NCBI GenBank assembly: GCA_046590235.1
Contig: JBKJTY010000035.1
Location: 14,722 to 78,721, forward strand
Length of the DNA stretch: 64,000 nucleotides
From: Candidatus Magasanikiibacteriota bacterium
Lineage (GTDB): Bacteria; Patescibacteriota; Patescibacteriia; Magasanikbacterales; GWA2-37-8
Reading direction: 5' to 3'
This document shows positions 56,182 through 64,000 of the stretch, piece by piece. The translations under genes were made by a program, and so were the position numbers. Below the pieces are notes generated by a model. The model ran no database searches, had not been told where the DNA came from, and saw nothing but the letters and a program-made list of their open reading frames with translations. Numbering within the stretch: position 1 is the first letter of the stretch; each line of letters starts with the position of its first letter.

Positions 56182-57504
56182 ATGATCGAAAAAATAAAAG
56201 TTGTTTCACTCGCTAATGACCTTGGTATGGGCGGAACAGCGCGACAAATTGTAACATTGGATAATTACATTAACAAAGACATCTTTGATCATCTTGTAAT
56301 ATCACTATCCTCAAACGATAATACACGACGTCAGAGGCTGGGCCAAGAAACCGTACGTGAAGCGGGAACGAGCGAAGAGGCAGCCAAAATAATACAAGAA
56401 TTTGGGGCCCATATTGTTTACGGTCATAGACATGGGCGCAATGAGCCTTCGCATGATGCTTTAGCACGTTTACTTACTGATCAGACGATAATCCATCAAA
56501 ATACTTTTAGTGCTTTTGATGCTGGAGATTTTGGGAAAAAGGCAGTTCAGCATGTGTTTGTAAGTCAAACAAACGTTGTAAAATATTGCCGTCAAAACCG
56601 GTTACCATTTGTTTTTAATAAATTAAAAACAGTTTTTGCTCTCGTAGATGTTAATAACTTTGAAAAAAACAAACCAACAGTTGAAGAAATAGAAAAATAT
56701 CGTAAAAAAATAGGTTTAAGGCAGGGCAGCTTTGTTGTGGGAAGAATTGCACGCCCAGTGGCGGAAAAATGGGATGATATGATGGTTCTTTTTGGAAAAA
56801 GAATTTCAGATCCGAAGCCTGATATTCAGTTTGTCGTTTATGGGGTCCCTGAAAATAAAAAAGAACTTCTGAAAGTTGTAAACAGTAATATAATAATTTG
56901 CGACCCAACCGCGTCTGATAAGGAATTGGCCTGCTTTTATTCTGTAATAGATGTTTTGGTGCACGCCAGTCCTATCGGTGAGTGTAGTTCAGCAAACATA
57001 GCTGAAGCAATGCTGTTTGGAAAACCCATCGTGGTTAGCTCAACACCATTCCCGCTTTTTACATTTGGACGCAATCACACTAAAGATAATGGTCAAATTG
57101 AGCAGATAATAAATGGAGTTAATGGTTATATAGTAAAAAATGCTGCAGCAATGGCCAAAGCTGTAATTGAACTTCAGAATAATAAGGAGGTAACAAGAGA
57201 AATAGGAGAGCGAAATCGCAAAAAAGTAATGGAAAATTATGATGCAAATATTGGTGTTAAAACGTTAGAAAAAACATTTATTGAAACACTTGCGAGTAGC
57301 GGTAAAGAATTGAGTCCTGCAATCAACAAATATGCGGCAACATTAGTCTATTTCCCTTCAGAGCAGATGATAGCACAATGGTTTGACGAGTATGATAGAC
57401 AACTTGCACATTTTTATGGCAAAGAGTACCATAATACTGCTTTTGAAGTATTAAAGTTGTTTTGGTGGAAAAATAAAAGCCGATTTAAATCTTATTTTAG
57501 GTAA
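56182..57504 (+). CDS. GT4 retaining glycosyltransferase
   Basis: SPIGECSSANIAEAMLFGKPIVVS. Confidence 0.6.
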   Translation: MIEKIKVVSLANDLGMGGTARQIVTLDNYINKDIFDHLVISLSSNDNTRRQRLGQETVREAGTSEEAAKIIQEFGAHIVYGHRHGRNEPSHDALARLLTDQTIIHQNTFSAFDAGDFGKKAVQHVFVSQTNVVKYCRQNRLPFVFNKLKTVFALVDVNNFEKNKPTVEEIEKYRKKIGLRQGSFVVGRIARPVAEKWDDMMVLFGKRISDPKPDIQFVVYGVPENKKELLKVVNSNIIICDPTASDKELACFYSVIDVLVHASPIGECSSANIAEAMLFGKPIVVSSTPFPLFTFGRNHTKDNGQIEQIINGVNGYIVKNAAAMAKAVIELQNNKEVTREIGERNRKKVMENYDANIGVKTLEKTFIETLASSGKELSPAINKYAATLVYFPSEQMIAQWFDEYDRQLAHFYGKEYHNTAFEVLKLFWWKNKSRFKSYFR

Positions 57505-57525
57505 AAATAATATTGTATTCTAGCT

Positions 57526-58542
57526 ATGATTATTGTACGCGCGCCGTTAAGAATCAGCTTTATTGGGGGAGGCACTGACCTGCCTGATTTTTATTCTAGA
57601 TATCCAGGTAGAGTCATCTCAACCACAATAGATAAATTCGTCTATATTACAATCAATCCAATGTATCGTGATGGTCGTTTTATCGTAAAATATCAAACGG
57701 TAGAAACGGTGGAAAAGCCAGAAGAATTAAAACACGACCGTGTTCGTGCGGCATTGCTTGATCTTAACGTCAAAAAAGGTTTGGAATTAAGTTCTTTTGC
57801 GGATATTCCTTCTAAAACAGGTCTTGGATCATCTTCTAGTTTTTCAGTCGCTCTTATTAAAGGTCTTAATGCGTTAGCTGGTAAAACAATGAGTCGCGGT
57901 GAAGCCGCTGAAGCAGCGTGTCGTCTAGAAATTGACCTACTACGAGAGCCGATTGGCAAACAAGACCAATATGCAGCTGCATTTGGCGGTTTTAATATCT
58001 TTCAATTCAATTCTGATCATACGGTAACCGTTGAACCTGTGCTGCTTGATTTTAAAAAGCGTGCGACACTCGAGGATCATGTGTTGCTTTTCTTTACAGG
58101 TATTACACGTCAGGCTTCAAGTGTCTTAGTAGACCAACGCTCAAAAATTGATAAAAATTTTGAAACCTACAAGCAAATGTCCGATTCAGTTTACGATTTT
58201 CGTGACAAATTAGTTGAAGGAGATGTGGCTGGAATGGCAGCAATGTTACACGAAGGATGGTTGCGTAAAAAGAGCTTGAGTGACAAAGTGTCCAACGGGC
58301 CAATAGACAATCTTTATGAAGAAGGTATTCGAGCTGGGGCGCTCGGCGGTAAGGTTTTGGGCGCGGGCGGCGGCGGTTGTTTATTGTTTTTGGCTCCCCC
58401 AGAAAAGCATGCGGCAATCCTGCAAGCGCTTACAGAAAAAGCTAAACAAGAGGGTCTGGGAGACTCCCAAGAAATAAAAGTTAAATGTTCACAATCAGGT
58501 ACTGATATCCTGTTTAATACTAGCTGGCACTCATACACCTAA
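57526..58542 (+). CDS. hddA: GHMP sugar kinase, D-glycero-D-manno-heptose 7-phosphate kinase-like (HddA)
   Basis: IIVRAPLRISFIGGGTDLPDFY; GHMP motif GLGSSSSFSVAL. Confidence 0.65.
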   Translation: MIIVRAPLRISFIGGGTDLPDFYSRYPGRVISTTIDKFVYITINPMYRDGRFIVKYQTVETVEKPEELKHDRVRAALLDLNVKKGLELSSFADIPSKTGLGSSSSFSVALIKGLNALAGKTMSRGEAAEAACRLEIDLLREPIGKQDQYAAAFGGFNIFQFNSDHTVTVEPVLLDFKKRATLEDHVLLFFTGITRQASSVLVDQRSKIDKNFETYKQMSDSVYDFRDKLVEGDVAGMAAMLHEGWLRKKSLSDKVSNGPIDNLYEEGIRAGALGGKVLGAGGGGCLLFLAPPEKHAAILQALTEKAKQEGLGDSQEIKVKCSQSGTDILFNTSWHSYT

Positions 58543-58546
58543 TACT

Positions 58547-59143
58547 ATGAAAACATACATTAATAACTATCTTCAAGAAAATATTGATGCGATGAATGCA
58601 GTCTCACGTCTTGAAATTTCTAAAGCGATAGCGCTTTTACAGTCTACCTACGAACGAGATGGTCGTATTTATATTTTTGGAAATGGCGGATCACTGGCGC
58701 TCGCTACACATTGGGTAAGTGATTTTAATAAAACAGTCTTCAGTCACAATCTTGAATTGCACACTCGACGATTCCAAGCAATTCGCTTGCCGACCACTGA
58801 AGAAGAAATGTCAGCATGGGCTAACGACGTAGGCTTTGATATGGTTTTTGCAGGCCCATTACAGAACTATCTCCAGGACAGTGATTGTGTTATTGCTATT
58901 AGCAGTTCCGGCAACTCCCCAAATATTATTAAAGCTGTTGAACTCGCTAAAAGCCGTCATGTACCAGTGATTGGTCTGTCAGGTTTCGACGGCGGTAAAT
59001 TAGCAGCCTTAGCCGATGCCGCGCTAGTTGTTCCGACTGAAAAAGGAAAATATGGACCGGTTGAGGGCGTCCATGGAGTATTGTTGCACCTCATCACCAT
59101 GTATTTTCAAGCTTATTTTGACCATCTAGTGGCTAAAAAATAA
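58547..59143 (+). CDS. gmhA: sedoheptulose-7-phosphate isomerase (SIS domain)
   Basis: RIYIFGNGGSLALATHWVSDF...IAISSSGNSPNII. Confidence 0.7.
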   Translation: MKTYINNYLQENIDAMNAVSRLEISKAIALLQSTYERDGRIYIFGNGGSLALATHWVSDFNKTVFSHNLELHTRRFQAIRLPTTEEEMSAWANDVGFDMVFAGPLQNYLQDSDCVIAISSSGNSPNIIKAVELAKSRHVPVIGLSGFDGGKLAALADAALVVPTEKGKYGPVEGVHGVLLHLITMYFQAYFDHLVAKK

Positions 59144-59146
59144 TAC

Positions 59147-59653
59147 ATGAGCAAAGGAATGAAAATAGCCTTTTTTGACCGCGATGGCGTAATAAACAAA
59201 AAGGCAGAAGAACATCATTATATTACTCGAGTAGAAGATTTTGTATTTAACAAGTCAATTTTTCAGCTTTTCCACAAATTAAAAAAGTTAGGTTTTGAGT
59301 TCATTGTTATTACAAATCAGCGCGGTGTTGCGCGCGGGCTCTATACCGAACAAGATTTAAAAAACATCCACGATCACATGTGTCAGAAATTGACAGAGCA
59401 GGGGATTACTTTGCTCGATATTTTTTATTGTCCACACGATATCGGACAGTGCGATTGTCGAAAGCCTCAGCCTGGATTATTAGAGCAAGCATGTAAAAAA
59501 TATACTATCGACCTTTCAAAGTCGGCGTTAATAAGCGATAGTAAAGGCGAGATTGAAATGGGTAAGCTTTTTGGTATTAAAAAATCAATATACATTGAAT
59601 CTGATACTATAACCGATGATACGGCAAAAGAATTAGAACAATCAACGTTATAG
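59147..59653 (+). CDS. gmhB: D,D-heptose 1,7-bisphosphate phosphatase (HAD)
   Basis: IAFFDRDGVIN and the CxHxxxxxCxC-like zinc motif (CPHDIGQCDCRKP). Confidence 0.7.
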   Translation: MSKGMKIAFFDRDGVINKKAEEHHYITRVEDFVFNKSIFQLFHKLKKLGFEFIVITNQRGVARGLYTEQDLKNIHDHMCQKLTEQGITLLDIFYCPHDIGQCDCRKPQPGLLEQACKKYTIDLSKSALISDSKGEIEMGKLFGIKKSIYIESDTITDDTAKELEQSTL

Positions 59654-59683
59654 CCCTCTGGATGAGCCTGGAAGGTTTAAACT

Positions 59684-60592
59684 TTGTCTTACTGGCAAGA
59701 AAGGATCAAGCGTATTGATTTTTGCCTTAAAAAGGAGTATTCTGAAGATGAATTACTCAACCAAAATATGGCCACTATTTCCGCCTGTTTAGTCGTTTAC
59801 AACGAAGAAAAAGTTATTGAAAAGTGTCTATCCAGCATCAAGGGGTTAGCTGATGAAATTATCATTGTTCATGATGGACAATGCTCTGATAGAACTCTTG
59901 AAATAGCTAAAAAATATACAAATAAAATTTTTATTCGTGAACATATCGGTGAAGCAGAGCCACACCGTGCTTTTTCTTTTAATCAAGCGAGTGGTGACTG
60001 GATTTTACAAATTGACGCGGATGAATTCCTCAACGAAAAAGATTTTCCAATTATACGACAAAAATTGCTTAATCCAGATATAGGTGGACTGCTGTTTCAA
60101 TGGGAAATGTGGACCGGAAGCAAAAGTGTTATTATACCCGGTTTCCGAAAAATGTGCTTTATACGCAAGGACTCTTTCCATTACTGCGGAGTACCGCACG
60201 AAGCTGGAACTGTAGATAAACGTTTGGAAAAAACTGATATAACATTATTCCATCGTCCTGCCTATAATAACATTGCTTGGAGAGCATTTCTAAAAAAGCG
60301 CGCTAAGTGGGTTCCGGTGCATGCAAAATACTTCTTTCCCGAGCTAGTTAGCTATGACTGTTTTAACACTAGTCCAGAGAAGTGGATTAAAAGAACTGAG
60401 CGCGTTAAAAAATACATTGCATTTTATATTCTTGTTGAGCCGTTTAAAATGTTTTTAGGCCAACAAAAGAATGGTTTATGGAAGAGTTGGTCCGGGATAA
60501 ACATTTCAATGCAGCATTTTTACTACTATTTGACTCTCTACCTCCTGGTTAGGAAAATGAAAACAGCAGTACTACCTAAAGAACACTTATGA
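59684..60592 (+). CDS. GT2 glycosyltransferase
   Basis: ISACLVVYNEEKVIEKCL, DGQCSDRT, QIDADEF. The ORF track starts at a TTG at 59684; an alternative ATG is at 59768. Confidence 0.6.
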   Translation: MSYWQERIKRIDFCLKKEYSEDELLNQNMATISACLVVYNEEKVIEKCLSSIKGLADEIIIVHDGQCSDRTLEIAKKYTNKIFIREHIGEAEPHRAFSFNQASGDWILQIDADEFLNEKDFPIIRQKLLNPDIGGLLFQWEMWTGSKSVIIPGFRKMCFIRKDSFHYCGVPHEAGTVDKRLEKTDITLFHRPAYNNIAWRAFLKKRAKWVPVHAKYFFPELVSYDCFNTSPEKWIKRTERVKKYIAFYILVEPFKMFLGQQKNGLWKSWSGINISMQHFYYYLTLYLLVRKMKTAVLPKEHL

Positions 60593-61305
60593 TGATACTT
60601 ATCCAAACGATAGTTATACTAATTGCAGTAAAGTACCTATTACTATCTTTTGGGTATAGTATTTGTTTTATTATTACTTCAAAGACTTTTAGGCAGCTAA
60701 TTGTAAAAAGAAAAGCAACTAAGAATGAAAATGCTAGCGCAGATAAAGCAGTGCAGCCAGGTTTTTTGAGCAGAGTACTAAACGGTTGGTTGCGATACTC
60801 ATTAATGTGCACCGGTCGGATTCCAAGTCACTTTATAAGAAGTATTCTTTATAAGAAGGTGTATCATGTACAATTAGGAAAAAAAGTAGTGGTCCATGGC
60901 GGGGCGGAGATTAGAGCTCCCTATAATGTTGAAATTGGAACAGGCACTATTATTGGTGATAACGCAATACTAGATGGTAGGAACGGCATAGTAATCGGGA
61001 AGAACGTTAATCTAAGCACTGGAGTGTGGATTTGGACAGAACAGCACGATGTGCAAAGCCCGCATTTTTCATGTAATAACCAGGGTGGGCGTGTTACTAT
61101 CGGTGATAGAGTGTGGATTAGCGGTAGAGCAATTATTTTACCTGGAGTTACTATCGGTGAAGGCGCTGTGGTAGCCGCAGGCGCAGTCGTAACCAAAGAC
61201 GTAGAGCCATTCAGTATCTATGGCGGTGTTCCAGCTAAAAAGATAGGTGAAAGAAATAAAGATCTTGTTTATGAGTTTGATGGTAAGCCGCTAGCTTTTT
61301 ATTAA
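60589..61305 (+). CDS. membrane-anchored hexapeptide-repeat (LbH) sugar O-acetyltransferase
   Basis: N-terminal TM segment; IGTGTIIGDNAILDGRNGIVIGKNVNLSTGVWI...IGDRVWISGRAIILPGVTIGEGAVVAAGAVV. Confidence 0.65.
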   Translation: MMILIQTIVILIAVKYLLLSFGYSICFIITSKTFRQLIVKRKATKNENASADKAVQPGFLSRVLNGWLRYSLMCTGRIPSHFIRSILYKKVYHVQLGKKVVVHGGAEIRAPYNVEIGTGTIIGDNAILDGRNGIVIGKNVNLSTGVWIWTEQHDVQSPHFSCNNQGGRVTIGDRVWISGRAIILPGVTIGEGAVVAAGAVVTKDVEPFSIYGGVPAKKIGERNKDLVYEFDGKPLAFY

Positions 61306-61307
61306 TA

Positions 61308-62018
61308 TTGCATATGGATTCAAAAAACGAAATGGCTGTTTCGATCGTAATCCCAACGTATAATGAAGCAAAAAATCTTCCGCTGTTGCTTGAAGAAATA
61401 TTCATGTATTTAAAACAGGCGTCTATTGAAGCTGAAGTTGTTATTGTTGACGATAATTCACCAGATGGGACAGGGGATATTGCTGAAGAGCTTAAAAGAA
61501 CCTATCCATTGCAAGTAATCCATCGGACTGGTAAACTGGGGCTGGGGAGTGCGGTGCGCGCAGGTTTTAAAGTGGCACGAAACCCGATAATCGGCGTTAT
61601 GGACGCTGATTTAAGTCATGATCCAGCAATCTTAAAGGAGCTCATACATTCATTAAATGATAATGATATAGTAATTGGTAGTCGATTTAATGAAGGAAGT
61701 ACGGTTGAAAACTGGACAATTATTCGGCAGATAATTTCTAAAAGCGGGGTATGGATTGCCTGTAAATTAACTAAGGTTAAGGATCCTCTGAGTGGTTACT
61801 TTTTTTTAAAAAAAGAAAATTTAGAAAAGTTGGAGCTACAAACAACCGGCTACAAAATTCTTTTGGAAATACTTGTAAAAATGATTGATGTTAAAGCGAA
61901 AGAAGTACCTTACACATTCCGAATGCGAAAATACAGTACGTCAAAATTAAACTTTAAAGAATTTATTTATTTTGGCAAACAGTTAATTGAGTATTCTTGG
62001 TATAAATTATTTCATTAA
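61308..62018 (+). CDS. GT2 polyprenol-phosphate mannose/glucose synthase (DPM1-like)
   Basis: VSIVIPTYNEAKNLPLLLEEI, VVIVDDNSPDGTGDIAEEL, GVMDADLSHDP. Confidence 0.75.
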   Translation: MHMDSKNEMAVSIVIPTYNEAKNLPLLLEEIFMYLKQASIEAEVVIVDDNSPDGTGDIAEELKRTYPLQVIHRTGKLGLGSAVRAGFKVARNPIIGVMDADLSHDPAILKELIHSLNDNDIVIGSRFNEGSTVENWTIIRQIISKSGVWIACKLTKVKDPLSGYFFLKKENLEKLELQTTGYKILLEILVKMIDVKAKEVPYTFRMRKYSTSKLNFKEFIYFGKQLIEYSWYKLFH

Positions 62019-62027
62019 AACTTTTTT

Positions 62028-62654
62028 ATGGCAAAAAATAGTTGGGATAGTTATTGGAAAGAAAATAAAAATAAAGAAACATTTTTTAATGGACTTGTTG
62101 CAGTATTGCGTAAGTATTACTTTGCAAAAGCCTTTGCTAAATTTCTTAACCAACATCATCCAGTTAAAGGGAAGAAAGTTTGTGAAATCGGCGTAGGTTC
62201 TGGACTTACCTTGGCACATATTAAAAACCTTGGTGCTAGCAGTTGTGTCGGCGTTGATAATTCGAATGAAGCAATCGAATTGGCAAAGCAAGAAAATAAA
62301 ACGTGCGAATTTGTCTTTGGTGACGCTTTTAAACTTCCGTTTGCGGACAAAGAATTTGATATCGTGTATTCACTTGGTCTAATCGAACATTTTAACAGAG
62401 ATCAGCAGCGCCAAATTTTGGCTGAGCAAAAGCGAATTGCTAAGGAATGTGTATTTATCGAAGTTCCATACGACGTATTCTACTTTAGATGGTTATTTGC
62501 ATTTAATCGTTCACGCGGCCGTACGTTAACCTTCAGTGATGAAGAATTATTTACCAAAGCTACTTTCCGTGATATTGGATTAAAAGGTGAAAGTAAGTTA
62601 ATGCCAACTACCTTCTTCCTGACCATCGGACATTTTGAACCTAGTAATACTTAG
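62028..62654 (+). CDS. class I SAM-dependent methyltransferase
   Basis: VCEIGVGSGLTLAH; VFGDAFKLPFADKEFDIV. Confidence 0.55.
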   Translation: MAKNSWDSYWKENKNKETFFNGLVAVLRKYYFAKAFAKFLNQHHPVKGKKVCEIGVGSGLTLAHIKNLGASSCVGVDNSNEAIELAKQENKTCEFVFGDAFKLPFADKEFDIVYSLGLIEHFNRDQQRQILAEQKRIAKECVFIEVPYDVFYFRWLFAFNRSRGRTLTFSDEELFTKATFRDIGLKGESKLMPTTFFLTIGHFEPSNT

Positions 62655-62656
62655 GT

Positions 62657-64000
62657 ATGTGGGAAAAAATTCAAAAGATCTATAACCACAAATGGTGTAA
62701 TTATTACCTTGTATTAGTGGGTTCTCTTTTGATATCTTTTTTTCGAATTGACCACCAAAGTCTTTGGTTGGACGAATCAATTAGTATTGAATGGGCGGCA
62801 AAAAAGCCATTGATTTGGATTTGGGAAAATGTTCCGAAAACCGATCTTCATCCACCAGTTTATTACAGTATTCTGCATTTCTGGCAAAGCGTTTTTGGTG
62901 ATTCAGTCTTTTCTATCCGCGCCCTTTCCGCATTATTCTTTGTAGGCAGTAGTTTGCTTATATATTACTTTGCGAAATTAATTTTTTCATCAGATAAAAA
63001 AGCATTGGTGGCAAGTTTGTTGTTCATAACAAATCCATTCGCCGTCTTGTACGCACAAGAAGTGCGCTCATACTCATTTCTGATTTTTTTAATTCTCATA
63101 AATGCTATTTTCTATTATAAAATAGTTTTCTTGAAAGAAGAAAATAAGCGTTTATATCTGTGGTACTTCCTAACGGCCCTCATTTTCATCTATACCAATA
63201 TTATTAGTTTGTTTGTATTGCTAGCGCACGCAATCATTGTGCTTTCAAAGAAAGATTTGAATTTATTTAAGAAATTTTTATTTGTATATACTTTATTATT
63301 TTTGGCTTACATTCCCGTGCTGAAAATTGTACAAAGCGCTAACAAGTTTGATTACTCATATTACTACACAGAAAAGTTTAACATTGTAATGCAAGGTGTC
63401 GTTGCTATAGCCGGCTTTATTGGCGCAAGAGTAAACGTCTTAAATGGTAAAAATCATATTTACGGCTTGTTAGCAGCGAGCTTGGCGCTTTACGGGTTGA
63501 TTTTTCTTTTTGGTTTAAAAAATATAAAAAAATTAAATACCTACTTACTTTATTTTTTTGGTCTTTCATTAGCGATTACTTTAGCTGTAACATATAGTAA
63601 ATTTCCAGTACCCGATCCTAAATACTTTTATGTAGCTTTCCCTTCGTTCATCCTCCTAGTCGCTAATATACTAGCTGTTATCGATAAAAAAATTATTAGG
63701 AATACAATTTTAGCTGCAGTATTACTGGTTAATAGTGTTTTTCTTTACAATTACTTTTTTGTAAAAGCGTACGAGAGAGAAAATTGGAAGTCAGCAGTAA
63801 AGCAGGTTGAACAAAACTATGCCACAGAAAAGAATAAAACAGCTGTAATGATAGCCCCGTTTTCTGAGCCGTATACAGCATGGTCATATTATAGTCAGGA
63901 TAGTATTCCGGGTATTGGCGCTTTTAAATATGGAAATAGCACCACATCCATAGAACGAGCTTTTAGCGAATTTAACAAACCAGCAAAAGACATTATTTAT
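62657..64000 (+). CDS. 3'-truncated GT-C fold membrane glycosyltransferase (PMT/ArnT GT39/GT83-like). The ORF is open to the window end.
   Basis: The ATG at 62657 has no stop through 64000 (absent from the ORF track for that reason). Motif SLWLDESI in the first periplasmic loop (compare the DE/DD motif of PMT/ArnT); more than 9 TM segments. Confidence 0.5.
   Translation, partial: MWEKIQKIYNHKWCNYYLVLVGSLLISFFRIDHQSLWLDESISIEWAAKKPLIWIWENVPKTDLHPPVYYSILHFWQSVFGDSVFSIRALSALFFVGSSLLIYYFAKLIFSSDKKALVASLLFITNPFAVLYAQEVRSYSFLIFLILINAIFYYKIVFLKEENKRLYLWYFLTALIFIYTNIISLFVLLAHAIIVLSKKDLNLFKKFLFVYTLLFLAYIPVLKIVQSANKFDYSYYYTEKFNIVMQGVVAIAGFIGARVNVLNGKNHIYGLLAASLALYGLIFLFGLKNIKKLNTYLLYFFGLSLAITLAVTYSKFPVPDPKYFYVAFPSFILLVANILAVIDKKIIRNTILAAVLLVNSVFLYNYFFVKAYERENWKSAVKQVEQNYATEKNKTAVMIAPFSEPYTAWSYYSQDSIPGIGAFKYGNSTTSIERAFSEFNKPAKDIIY

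Overview
This window is AT-rich, gene-dense and almost entirely + strand. It looks like a segment of a small-genome bacterial chromosome and could be CPR/Patescibacteria-like, but that is inference. Native promoters recur as TTGACA-N17-TAtACT.

In order, the window contains:
- a 5'-truncated Cys-rich repeat/LamG surface protein, then three proteins with Asp-rich Ca-binding (TSP3-like) repeats;
- a housekeeping cluster ybeY-dgkA-ftsA-ftsZ-nrdR-pyk, glyA on the minus strand, and a divergent Elp3 (radical-SAM/GNAT) / Trm9-like methyltransferase pair whose start codons overlap;
- a ~1.6 kb GC-rich foreign-looking cassette (about 15.6-17.25 kb) with its own promoter and terminator, three small ORFs with non-native codon usage, and what reads by eye as a complete type III hammerhead ribozyme at 16313-16383;
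- a DMT-like transporter, a glycoside hydrolase, tRNA-Val(TAC) and, directly after it, a ~2.3 kb GC-rich islet of two secreted-protein cassettes that share a modular structured 3' repeat and are bracketed by a direct repeat;
- a BNR-propeller/peptidoglycan-binding secreted protein, a fermentative module (ADP-forming acetyl-CoA synthetase, 2-oxoacid:ferredoxin oxidoreductase alpha/beta, flavodoxin), more GC-rich orphan ORFs, an amino-acid permease, an HTH protein, and an ECF sigma factor with a putative anti-sigma;
- a 1234-aa repetitive S-layer-like protein, followed to the window end by a ~25 kb surface-glycan locus. That locus has an O-antigen-ligase/TPR protein, two repeated modules of DPM1-like GT2, methyltransferase and GT-C membrane protein, gmd, a ColD-like His-variant DegT enzyme, fcl, wzm/wzt, a GT11, GT2s and GT4s, galE, a sugar-1-P nucleotidyltransferase, hddA-gmhA-gmhB, and an acetyltransferase.

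Other things seen: a duplicated ~230-nt structured element with compensatory stem changes (after pyk and again near 21.7 kb), and a 20-bp perfect palindrome that behaves like a mini-insertion when compared with an empty site. No CRISPR array, rRNA, integrase or transposase gene was seen. All homology calls are from reading motifs by eye, with no searches run.
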